From an uncultured Gammaproteobacteria bacterium (lineage in GTDB: Bacteria; Pseudomonadota; Gammaproteobacteria; CAWCPV01), in contig CAWCPV010000004.1 of NCBI GenBank assembly GCA_963797555.1, positions 128,001-192,000 on the forward strand: 64,000 bases of DNA, in the 5' to 3' direction. The first letter of the stretch is position 1. Every line of letters starts with the position of its first letter. Made by a program: the position numbers and the translations under genes. The notes beneath the pieces are model-generated. The model saw only the letters and a program-made list of their open reading frames with translations. It did no database searches and was not told the DNA's origin. This document shows, one piece after another, positions 1-9,583 of this stretch.

Positions 1-154
1 CTAACGAGGCTTCGCCTCAGACCGTCGAGGCATGGGGAGCACAGACGGAGGGTTCCGAGTGTTGCAGAGCGTGGTAGGGTGTACGCGCTGCGTTAGATCG
101 CTCAAGCGATCGGACCCTGTGGGTCAAGGAAGTGACACTCGGAGCCCAGGAGCC
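1..154 (+). ncRNA. Putative structured RNA/ssDNA leader (multibranch fold)
   Basis: 16-bp stem 50-65/132-147 with three G-U wobbles, enclosing hairpins at 68-89, 96-111 and 113-125. Further stems at 6-18 and 22-26/44-48. Ends at the AGGAG RBS (148-152). Confidence 0.5.
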
Positions 155-1198
155 ATGATAGCCAAAAACGTTGCGGAGCTGATCCGAGATCATGTGGTGC
201 TGGAGGTCGAGAGCCTCGATCGGCTGTACCTCAACGGCTATGTGCCTGGGCTGCAGAGCGAAGGGGGCTTTGTGCATTTCGTGCGCAGTCACCTTGGCTA
301 TCCCATCGCCTCCACCGCGGTGATCGCCCCCATGACCGAGGCGTTCGTCCGCTCCATCGAGCGGTTTGCGCAGGAGAGGCGCATTGATGTGGTCGCCTTC
401 GAGAAAGGACAGCGCAAGGACGATGTGGCGAAGGAGTACCTGGCAAGGTGTGCTTTCTCCGAAGGGGTATTGTTCATCGGCAAGGCCCAGGAGAAGGCCT
501 CGGTGTTCCGCACCACCGGCAGGAAGCACCCCGAGACCGGCCAGCGCTATCCTTGGATCACGCGCGGCTCGGCCCTGCCCAACCACTATTACTTCTACCT
601 CCTGGATGAGGACTTCGGGCCGCTGTTTATCAAGTTCTGCTCGTACTTCCCCTATGCGGTCAAGGTGTGCCTCAATGGCCACGAGTGGGTCAAGCGCCAG
701 CTCGCCAAGGAGGGCATCGCCTTCACTGCCCTCGACAACGGTGTGCTCTGGTGCGAGAACCCCCAGCGGCTGCAGCAACTGTGCGCGGAGCTGGACGCCG
801 AGAAGATCGAAGCGGTGTTTGGCAAGTGGCTGGCGCGGCTGCCTCACCCCTTTCGCCCGGAGGACCGGCAAGCGGGTTACCGATACGCGCTGTCCATCCT
901 GCAGGCCGAGTTCTCGCTCACCCAAGTGCTCGATTGCCCCCGAACGGGCCGGCAGTTCTTCGAGGAGGTCATCCGCGAGAACCTCGACCTCGGCCGGCCC
1001 GACCGGGTGCAGCTCATCTTCGGCCGCAAGGTCACCCGCCGCACCCCGGGGACGTTTCGCACCCGCGCCCATGCCCGCTTCTTCCGGCTCACCTTCGCCC
1101 TCGACGGACCCATCAGCCCCGCTCGGGCCACGCGCGCCTTCCTCCAAGCCAGCAGCGCAGTGGACCGGCTCATCGAAGAGGTGAAACTCGCCGCTTGA
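155..1198 (+). CDS. Putative transposase of unclassified family (347 aa, likely missing a central/C-terminal block)
   Basis: AGGAG RBS then ATG155. Motifs DRLYLN, GKAQEK, HYYFYLLDEDFGP, FCSYFPY, NGHEW, QAEFSLTQV, RENLDLGRPD. C-terminus KLAA. Confidence 0.6.
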   Translation: MIAKNVAELIRDHVVLEVESLDRLYLNGYVPGLQSEGGFVHFVRSHLGYPIASTAVIAPMTEAFVRSIERFAQERRIDVVAFEKGQRKDDVAKEYLARCAFSEGVLFIGKAQEKASVFRTTGRKHPETGQRYPWITRGSALPNHYYFYLLDEDFGPLFIKFCSYFPYAVKVCLNGHEWVKRQLAKEGIAFTALDNGVLWCENPQRLQQLCAELDAEKIEAVFGKWLARLPHPFRPEDRQAGYRYALSILQAEFSLTQVLDCPRTGRQFFEEVIRENLDLGRPDRVQLIFGRKVTRRTPGTFRTRAHARFFRLTFALDGPISPARATRAFLQASSAVDRLIEEVKLAA

Positions 1199-1310
1199 AA
1201 ACTTGACTCAAGATCCAAGAATCAGTCGCACTCAAGGACTTCTAGCGGCTGCTGGGCCAATCGTTCACCCAGACGAGCCAGTCGGGTAACGCTTCGTAGG
1301 AGGGGTGCCG

Positions 1311-1796
1311 ATGGAGGAATTGCCGCTGCAATTGGAAATCGTGGGGCTGCCCGCGCATGTTGAGAGCTGGAGCGTTGCAAAGATACCCGGCTTCGTGCTT
1401 GCGGTGCTGAAGCGCTGGCGCAGAAACCAGGTTCGGCTGCCGCGCACTTTCAGCATGCTCATGTGCCCCCAAGTGGAGGTCAACGCCGTTGGCGGCTTGC
1501 CGCCCAGGGTCGTGGAGCTGACCGACCCCAAGCTCCGCTGCCGGCACTTCACCGGTTGCCACAAGCCCTATCTGGTGGTGCTCTTCACCGGCGAAGATGC
1601 GGAGGAGCGCCGGATCGAGGCGCAGGCGTTTCTCTCTTGGTCGGAAGGGTACAACGTGGAGCTGACACCCGATACCGTGCGCTTGACGTTCGCCGCGGCC
1701 AGCGAGGAGACGATCCACGAACGCGGCGATTTTCCGCCACCGCGGACCATACAGGAGTTGCTCGCGACCGGCGAGCTGGTGAGCATCTTGTCCTAG
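1311..1796 (+). CDS. Hypothetical protein (161 aa)
   Basis: AGGAGG at 1298-1303, 7 nt before ATG; open frame with protein-like composition; no recognised motif. Confidence 0.55.
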   Translation: MEELPLQLEIVGLPAHVESWSVAKIPGFVLAVLKRWRRNQVRLPRTFSMLMCPQVEVNAVGGLPPRVVELTDPKLRCRHFTGCHKPYLVVLFTGEDAEERRIEAQAFLSWSEGYNVELTPDTVRLTFAAASEETIHERGDFPPPRTIQELLATGELVSILS

Positions 1797-2166
1797 GGCA
1801 CCGCAACGGGCGGCAAACGCCTGCAAGCCTCGACGGGGTGTCTGTCGGCACCGGCGTTTTCCCATGCCCCGCTGTGACCCGGTGTCCTGAAGCTCGACTC
1901 TGTCGACACCTTATTCACTTTCACGATCGAGGCAGGCTGAGCCCCTCCAGTGGGCACCCCATTCCGTGTGGCCTTTGGGGCTTGCTGGCGCGGGGCGCTC
2001 AAGCCGGGGGTGAAAGACATCCCAGGGGGTGCACCGAGTCGGGTCAGACGCTGATATACCCATTTAAGGGCACCTCGAATAATCCTAGAAAGCTCAGTCG
2101 ACCAAGTGCAAGCTGCCTGGGAATCAGGCAGGCTGTGGGTTTCGAGGCATTGAAGGGGGTCACCCG

Positions 2167-3619
2167 ATGGGTGAGTCGAGACTGGAGCCGGTGGGGGCGC
2201 AAGAAAGGATTGCATCGTGTGCCGGGGTGCAGACGGCTGGGGGCCGGGTGCAAGTGCGCTGGGAGACCGAGAGCGCGGCCACGCCGATGGGCCAGCTTGC
2301 GTACTTCATCGAATTTCTCACGCTCACTGGACTGTGGTCGCGCTGGCAAGAGGGCTACCCGTTGCGTTACGTGAGTCCCAATGCGCCGAGCAAGGCCGAG
2401 GTGCTTGGCACCTGGATGCTGTCGATTCTGTCCGGTCACAGGCGCTATGCGCATGTCACGGCGATCCGCTGCGATGGCGTCAATCCGGGGCTGCTCGGCA
2501 TGAACAAGGTGATCAGCGAGGATGCCCTGCGCCGGGCGCTCGCCGCGAACCCCCGAAGCCGCAGGCGTCGCCTGGCTGGACCGGCACCTGGAGGAAAGTG
2601 TGGCGCTGTTGCTCGATGCGCCGTGGATTCTCGACATCGACATGGCGGGGCTGCGGCTGGTCGTCGGCGCCGAGGTCAAGGCGGGCGATGCGCACTCGGG
2701 CAGCCACAGCCTGCCGGGGCTGCTGAAGATACTCGACGCCCTCTCGCCCCCCAGACGACCGAAGCTGGTGCGCGGCGATTGCGGTTTCGGCTCCGACACC
2801 CTCATGGCTCCGCTGGAGGAGCGGCAACCACCCTACCTGTTCAAGCTCAAGCTCTCGAAGAACGTCAAACGTCACATCGAGCGCATCTTCTGGGGCAGCG
2901 GCTGGTCCGATGCCGGTCAGGGCTGGGAAGGCAAGGACGGCAGCCTGCGTCTGTGTGGCTGGCAGGCGCCGCGGCGCGTCGTGGTGTTGCGCCGCCCGCT
3001 CCAGGGCAAAGTGCTGATTGCGCAGGACCATAACGGCCAGCAACTGCTGGGTTTCATCGAGGCGGACCGAAAGGCGGGTAAGAACATCACCGGCTACGAG
3101 TATGCCGTGCTGGTGACCAATACCGACTACGAGATTCGAAGCCTCGGCCAACTCTACCGGGACCGGGCCGACGCCGAGAATGCCTTCGAGGAGCTGAAGA
3201 ACCAGTGGGGTTGGGGCGCCTTCACCACCCACAACCTGCACCGCTGCCAGCTCTCGGCCCGCGCCGTGGCGCTCATCTACAACTGGTGGAGCCTGTTCGT
3301 CCGCCTGGCCCACCCCAAGGCCCGGCGCGAGGCCATCACCAGCCGGCCGTGGTTGCTCGCCTCGGTGGGACGCAAGACCGAACATGCCGGCCAGACCACC
3401 CTGACGCTCACCGGATTGCATGCCCATTTCGGTCAAGCCAAAGCAGCCCTGATGCGTGTCTCTGCCTTGTTCCAGACCTGGACAGCCTACGCTGCGGAGC
3501 AGTTGAACCCGACCTCCGTCTGGCACCTCGTCTGCGACCATCTCAAGCGCCTCCTCGCCGGCGTTAAACCGCCTCCCCACCGTCGGGCTATCGAAAATCA
3601 TACGTGCGCCATCGGCTAA
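2167..3619 (+). pseudogene. IS1380-family transposase, frameshifted (~2550) with an apparent internal deletion after WILDID
   Basis: ORFs 2167..3033 and 2522..3619; motifs LDID, VRGDCGF, YRDRADAENAFEELK. Confidence 0.8.
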
Positions 3620-3632
3620 CTGCGGTTTTTAG

Positions 3633-5640
3633 TCCGACTTCGCGGATTCGCGGGGTAGGGATAGCGTAAGTGGTTGAAATTGCGAGAGGGTGCCTGGCAA
3701 GGTCTGCACTACATCGCGGCGGCTGAGGCAGTGTGGGCGGTGCTGATTTTCGGAGCTGGTGGTGCGGGCAGTTCGAGCTTCAACTGCGCGAGGAGCAGTT
3801 GCAGTTCTGGCTCAGGTTGGGTGTAGCGGGTGAACGTCAATTCGCGCCCATCGGTGGTCGGCACCGGTACGTCGACCATCTGCACGGCGGCGAATTTCTC
3901 CAGCACGCTGCGCGTGGTTAATCCAGGCGCGAGCGCATGCAAACGTCGCCCGAGCGTGACATGCAGACAATAGGCAAGAAAGGCAATGAAGATATGGGCT
4001 TCGATACGCTCGATGTGTTGATGAAAGATTGGCCGAATGGCCAAATCCCCCTTGAGATTCTTGAATGCTTCTTCCACCGCCACCAGTTGCAGGTAAAACC
4101 CCCATAGCTTGGCGGGATCGGTGTCGGTGAGATTGGTGCGCAGCAGATACCGTCCTTCGCGCCGGCGCACTTCACGCAGCTTATCGCGGCGCAGGCGGTA
4201 GCTAAACGTGGCGTCCTTGGGGTCGACCTCCAGTTGAACCAAGCGCCATACCGCCGGGCCGTGTTGGCGCGCCGCACCGAGCTTCATCAGCAGCTGCTCG
4301 CGGGTGAGCTGCATGGTCGCGAGTTTCTTCAACCGCGCCCATAACCACTTCAGCTTGCGCCGTCGTATCGCACGCTCCTTCGCCACGCGCTGTTCACTTT
4401 GCGCGTACACATACAGCTCCCCATCCTGCGCCAACAGTTTCACGGCTACGCCGGGGCGCGCTTCCCGCCACGGCTTGAGCAACAGCGCGCTCTCCAATTT
4501 GCTGAGCCGCCCCTTGGGCGTGCCCACCAGGTCAGTGCACTGGCGGGCGACTTGCGCGCATCTCTTCCAGCACCGCTTCGGTCGGAATGCCGCGGTCCAT
4601 CACCCAAATCCGCTGCGCTCTTCCGTACTGACGCTCAATGCGCGCGAGGAACTCCTTCAACGTCGTCTTGTCGGCCGTATTGCCCACCAACACTTCATAG
4701 GCCAAGGGCAAGCCTTCCGGGGTCACCACCCAGGCGATCACCACCTGCACACAGTCCCTGCGCTTATCGCGCGAGTGGCCGAATCGTCGTTTGTCCTGCT
4801 CCGACTGCGGGGGCTCACACTCAAAGTAGGTGCTCGTGAGGTCGTAGAGCAGCACCTCGAAGGTGGCATTGAACAGATCCCGCCACCGCCGCACCAGATG
4901 GTCAAAGACCGCCGCCTTGTGCTCCAGCAAGCGGTCGTGACAGACATACAGCCGGTGGCTGTCGGAGAGCGCCGCATCCGCTCCGAGCAAATCCGCCAAG
5001 GCCGTACGGCCAAACCACTCCCGGTGCAACCGCCACTCGCTGCCCGGTGCCAGCAACCGATAGGCCACGAGCACGAATAACACCTGATCCCACCGAGTGC
5101 CCTTGCGACTCGGCGTTAACCGTTCCCACCAGAAGCGATCTAACTGCAATTCCTCCCACAGTTGCAGCGCCAGCCAACACGCACCCCACTGCCGCGGTCG
5201 GCACAGCCGCAATTCTTTCAGCCGCAAACGTACCACCGAAGCATCCCTCGACAGCTCTTCAGATCGCTCCTCGGGAAACAACGACATCGTGCGCGGTGTC
5301 AGCGCCCCGTCTTCGAACACCTCAATGGATTTGCGCCACGCCAACTCCTGCGAGGAGTTGATCTCACCCAAATACAGCACATGCCGTTGCAGCACGCGCC
5401 CACCGCTCAGGCGCCTATTCTCGACAATACTCCAGTAACGGTGCTCCTTGCCGTCTTTCTTCCGCGTCGTGGCCCTTAGAAACATGATGGAACATCATTA
5501 TCCGCAGATTTTTCCCCTTGAAAACAAGCAAGGTCTTCACTACAGCGCGTTTCAACCCTTTTTGGCTCACCACGGTCCCCACAAACAATCACTTACCCCT
5601 GGCCAGCGGGCCAATCGCCGTGCGAATCCGCGAAGTCGGG
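3633..5640 (-). mobile_element. IS1634-family element
   Basis: 19-bp IRs TCCGACTTCGCGGATTCGC / GCGAATCCGCGAAGTCGGG; TTAG duplication at 3629-3632 and 5641-5644. Confidence 0.9.
3709..5485 (-). pseudogene. IS1634-family transposase, split at ~4530
   Basis: ORFs 4532..5485 and 3709..4527; motifs LYDLTSTYFE, GHSRDKRRD, MDRGIPT, VEEAFKNLK, RPIFH. Confidence 0.85.
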
Positions 5641-5781
5641 TTAGGATAATTGGTTTTGGCGCCGGTCGGTCCCTCTGATCGAGTCACGGATGGGGGAATT
5701 GGGGCGAAACGGGTGGATTTTAAGGGGTTTTGGGAGGGCGCCCGTGGCCTTGCGGGCGCCGGGCGGAGGCTCCGGCGGCGA

Positions 5782-6798
5782 TCAGGCCGGTGCCGGCATC
5801 GGACCTTTACCGCCTGAGCTGACCAGGTAGCTCAGCCGGGGCATGTTGTAGACGAGATTCATGAGCCCTATCTTGGCCCTCGCACGCACCCCTCCGATGG
5901 TTCGCACGAGCTTGCCGCCTTGCTCGTTGTGCTGGGAGCCGAAGACATGCTCGACGCGCACCCGGATGCTTGAGCGGCGCCGGTTGAGCGCTTGCTGGTA
6001 CACGCTGAGCGCCTTGTGGCGGTGACCCCGACGGTGAATCCGGCTCCTGAGCCCCTTCTTACGCAGCAGCCGCTCGGTCTCCTCGGAGCGGTAGGCGCTG
6101 TCGGCCCAGACCTCGGTGCTGGTGTTGGCGCGATCGAGCAGCGGCTCGAAGACCTACCTGCGCACCCGCTTGTGGGCAGCGTCCACGCTCAGGTGGTTCT
6201 TGTACCCGTAATAGCTCTTGCCATGTTTCTTGGTCCAGCACGCCTCGGTGTCCTTTTGACGAAGCTTGGCGGGCTTGTCCTTCCAGGACTCGGGCGTCTC
6301 GCCCCGCTTGAGGGCGTCGTTCTCTTCCCGGCTGTTGCGCTGCTCGGGAGCGGAGACGATGCTGGCATCGATGATCTGTCCCTTGCGGGCGATGAACCCC
6401 CGCCGCTCGATCTGCTGGTTGAAGGCCCGAAACAGCTCTTGCACGGCGTTCTCCTTCGCCAGCGCCTCGCGAAACAGCCATACGGTGGTGGCATCGGGCA
6501 CCCGGTCCTCGGGCAACAGCCCCAGGAATCGGCTGAAGGAGTATCGGTCCCGAATCGGGTACTCGACGCTCTCGTCACTCACGTTGTACAGGTGCTGCAG
6601 AACGAGCACCTTGAACATGAGCACAGCATCGTAGGGCTTGCGCCCCGCGTTGCTCTTGCGCGGCCTGTCCCGCAAGCACTCAAGCCGGGGGCGAAAACCC
6701 TCCCAGTCAACCACCTGCCGGATGTGCACCAGGGGGTCACCGAGCCGGCTCAGACGCTCATAGCGCTCATCGAGGTCGAAGAATCCGGGCTGGGGCAT
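5782..6798 (-). pseudogene. IS5-family transposase, disrupted
   Basis: MPQPGFFD..., IIDASIV, YGYKNHLSVD, WADSAY, RVRVEHVFG; stop and apparent short deletion at ~6155. Confidence 0.85.
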
Positions 6799-8068
6799 CG
6801 CGCTGTTCCTCATCGGCCACGAACTGGCGCCAGTCTACCGGGCAGCCGCCCCCAGTGCCAATTTTTCGAGGTGCCCTTAATACCAAATTTCGGTTTTTCG
6901 ATTGCCGAGGATTTGGAAGTTCTCCGTCAATAAGGAACGCAGTTGCGTGGCATATGTGGTGGCGTTGCGGAAAAACCGTTCGCAGGTCCTGCTGGAAGTC
7001 TTTGAAGCTTTCGTAGTAGGAGTCGTAGAGAATTCGCTTCTTGAAGAATTTCAAGAAGCGCTCAATCAAGTTTAAGTTCGGCGAATAGGGAGGTAGAAAA
7101 ACGAGTTCGATCTTGGAGTTATCCGTGAACTCCCGAACGTCCCTGGATCGGTAGTAGCTGGCGTTGTCGCAGATGACGAAGATCCGTTCGGCCTGGGAGT
7201 TCGCCTCTTCGAGCTGCCTGAACAAGGGCTCTTTCCGGAATCGTGTGGGTAGCAATGCCTATGGCGCGGGGGCATCTGCCTGATCTCTGACACCAGCGGG
7301 TGTGTTGAGCAGCGAGGCGGGCAGGTGGGCGAGATTGCCGGCGATGAGGTAGGCGATGGTGATGAGCGAGTGCGTGGTGCGGTAGCCCCGGGCGCGAGCC
7401 TTGGCGGCCTGGATGAGGGAGTTGATGCCCTCGGCGCGGCCGTTGGTGAGGCCCGAGTGGAATGCGGCGAGCACGCCGTCCCAGTGCTCTTTCAGGGTGG
7501 TGGCGAGGCGTTTCATGGGCTGCAGGCGGCTACGCCGTGCCCAGCTATACCAGCGCCCGAGGGCGCTCTCGGCCTGCTCGAGGGGTGCTGGCCGTGGCGT
7601 AGATATCGCGCAGCGCCTCCTTGAGGCGCCAGGCACGGGCGGTCTTGAGGCGGGCGCGGGAGAGCCAGTGCAGAACTCCTGACTTGGCGCTAAATTCAAT
7701 GCGACTGGACGGTGTCGTAGACCAGGCGCAGGTGGGTGCCAGGGCATTTCATCTGCTGGGTATTCAGATATTCGCAAAGAGCGATGAGAGCTTGTTGAGA
7801 TCGATTATTGGCCAAGCCGTAGAGACGCACCCGCAATTCATGGCGCTGGTAATCCGGGATAATATCGCCGGGTAAGCAGAACACGGCTTTGAGGAAGGCG
7901 CGAACTTCGTCGTCGTGGCGCACGAAAAAGGGTTCGACAATGCTCGCGAGACAACTCTCACTGCGATAAGCGACGACCTTGATGAGCCGGGTAATGGTTT
8001 TTCGTTCGCGTTCGTGATGTACGATCTTGTCCGCCTCATAAATGCTCTTCAATGGCACGCGCTTTTCC

Positions 8069-9583
8069 GGCTCTTTCGGTAATTGTGTGGATCGTGGTGG
8101 TCGAGTAGCATCCGTTCTGAGCAATCGTCTATCACAACATCTTGTGGTTGGGCCTGTGGGGTTGTGGGCGAGAGGCCCGCGAGTGTGGGCAACCGGGAGG
8201 TTGTCCACACGGTCCTTGGGACGCGGGCCGCTCCGCAGGACTCGTCCACAAATCCACAGGCCATCAAGGGGGGAGCGCCATGGAGCCAACGCATCTATTC
8301 ACGACGGCACTGGGCCTCACGGCGCCTTGGGAAGTCACCGGCGTACGCTTTGACCCCGAGGCTGGGCGCATCGACCTCGAGGTGGCCTTTGCCAAGGGGA
8401 GCCGCTTCGCCTGCCCGGCGTGCGGAGTGCCAGGCCAGCCGGTGCATGATACCCGCAAGCGCAGCTGGCAGCACCTGAGCTTCTTTAAGTCGCGGGCAGA
8501 CCTGCACGCGCATCTGCCGCGAGTGCGCTGTGAGAGCTGCGGCAAGACGACTCAGGTCGAGCCGCCGTGGGCGCGCGCACAGAGTGGCTTCACGGCGCTG
8601 ATGGAGGCACTGGTGGTGACGCTGTGCCAGGCGATGCCGGTGGCGACCGTCGCCCGGCACCTGGGCGTGGGCGATGAGCGCCTGTGGGGGGTGCTCGAGC
8701 ACTACGTGGAGGCGGCCCGCGCCCAGGAGGACCACTCCCCGGTGCGCGCCGTGGGCCTGGACGAGACCGCCGCCCGGCGTGGGCAGCACTACATCAGCCT
8801 GTTCCATGACCTCACGGGCAAACGCCTGCTGTTCGCCTGCGAGGGCCGCGACCAGAGCACCGTGGCGGCCTTTGCCGCCGACCTCCAGGCGCACGGGGGC
8901 GACCCGCAGGCCATCGAGCAGGTGTGCATCGACCTGTCCGCCGCTTATCTCGCCGGGGTGACCAAGCATCTGCCTAAAGCCACGGTGAGCTTCGATGCCT
9001 TCCATGTCATCCAGCTCGCCAACCAGGCCGTCGATACAGTGCGCCGCGAGGAGGTCAAGACCGAGCCCGCCCTCAGGGGCACCCGCTGGACCTGGCTCAA
9101 AGACGCCCACGACTGGACCTGGGAGCAGCTCACCGACTTTCACTGGCTCTCCCGCGCCCGGCTCAAGACCGCCCGTGCCTGGCGCCTCAAGGAGGCGCTG
9201 CGCGATATCTACGCCACGGCCAGCACCCTCGAGCAGGCCGAGACCGCGCTCACGCGCTGGTATAGCTGGGCACGGCGTAGCCGCCTGCAACCCATGAAGC
9301 ACCTCGCTGCCACTCTGAAAGACCACTGGGACGGTGTGCTCGCCGCGTTCGACTCCGGCCTCACCAACGGCCGCGCCGAGGGCATCAACTCCCTCATCCA
9401 GGCCGCCAAAGCCCGCGCCCGAGGCTACCGCACCACGCGCTCGCTCATCACCATCGCCTACCTCATCGCGGGCAACCTGGCCCACTTGCCGGCCTCGCCG
9501 TTCAACACACGATCTTGTGTCAGACCTCAGGCAGAGGCTGCCGCAGCGTAAGCATATCTACCCACACGATTCCGGTAAGGACC
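8069..9583 (+). mobile_element. ISL3-family element (subtype A), intact
   Basis: IRs GGCTCTTTCGGTAATTGTGTGGAT / ACCCACACGATTCCGGTAAGGACC; GCTTTTCC duplication at 8061-8068 and 9584-9591. Confidence 0.95.
8280..9551 (+). CDS. ISL3-family transposase (423 aa)
   Basis: Uninterrupted ORF from MEPTHLF; CPAC/CESC zinc finger, GLDETA, IDLS, FDAFH, TNGRAEGINS. Confidence 0.92.
   Translation: MEPTHLFTTALGLTAPWEVTGVRFDPEAGRIDLEVAFAKGSRFACPACGVPGQPVHDTRKRSWQHLSFFKSRADLHAHLPRVRCESCGKTTQVEPPWARAQSGFTALMEALVVTLCQAMPVATVARHLGVGDERLWGVLEHYVEAARAQEDHSPVRAVGLDETAARRGQHYISLFHDLTGKRLLFACEGRDQSTVAAFAADLQAHGGDPQAIEQVCIDLSAAYLAGVTKHLPKATVSFDAFHVIQLANQAVDTVRREEVKTEPALRGTRWTWLKDAHDWTWEQLTDFHWLSRARLKTARAWRLKEALRDIYATASTLEQAETALTRWYSWARRSRLQPMKHLAATLKDHWDGVLAAFDSGLTNGRAEGINSLIQAAKARARGYRTTRSLITIAYLIAGNLAHLPASPFNTRSCVRPQAEAAAA

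Larger units (their letters stand above)
1..1245 (+). mobile_element. Unclassified TIR-less IS-like element: structured 5' leader, transposase-like ORF and short 3' end; probably internally deleted
   Basis: Begins CTAACGAGGC and ends AAACTTGACTCAAG...TCAAGGACTTCTAG just after the ORF stop; no terminal inverted repeats. The ORF resembles a recurring mobile 'hypothetical' family (recalled, not searched). Left boundary coincides with the window edge. Confidence 0.55.
2084..5645 (+). mobile_element. IS1380-family element, right IR interrupted by IS1634
   Basis: IRs CCTAGAAAGCTCAGT / ACTGCGGTTTTTAG|G; ATAAT duplication at 2079-2083 and 5646-5650. Confidence 0.85.
2068..6876 (-). mobile_element. 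IS5-family element (IS5 group) interrupted by IS1380
   Basis: IRs GGGCACCTCGAATAAT / ATTTTTCGAGGTGCCC; TTAA duplication at 2064-2067 and 6877-6880. Confidence 0.9.

Noticed and set aside
1793-1810. CTAGGGCACC as the far IR of the outer IS5 remnant
   Set aside because: Only 7 bp match the IR, no matching TSD at 13410, and the intervening sequence shows no clear IS5 similarity.
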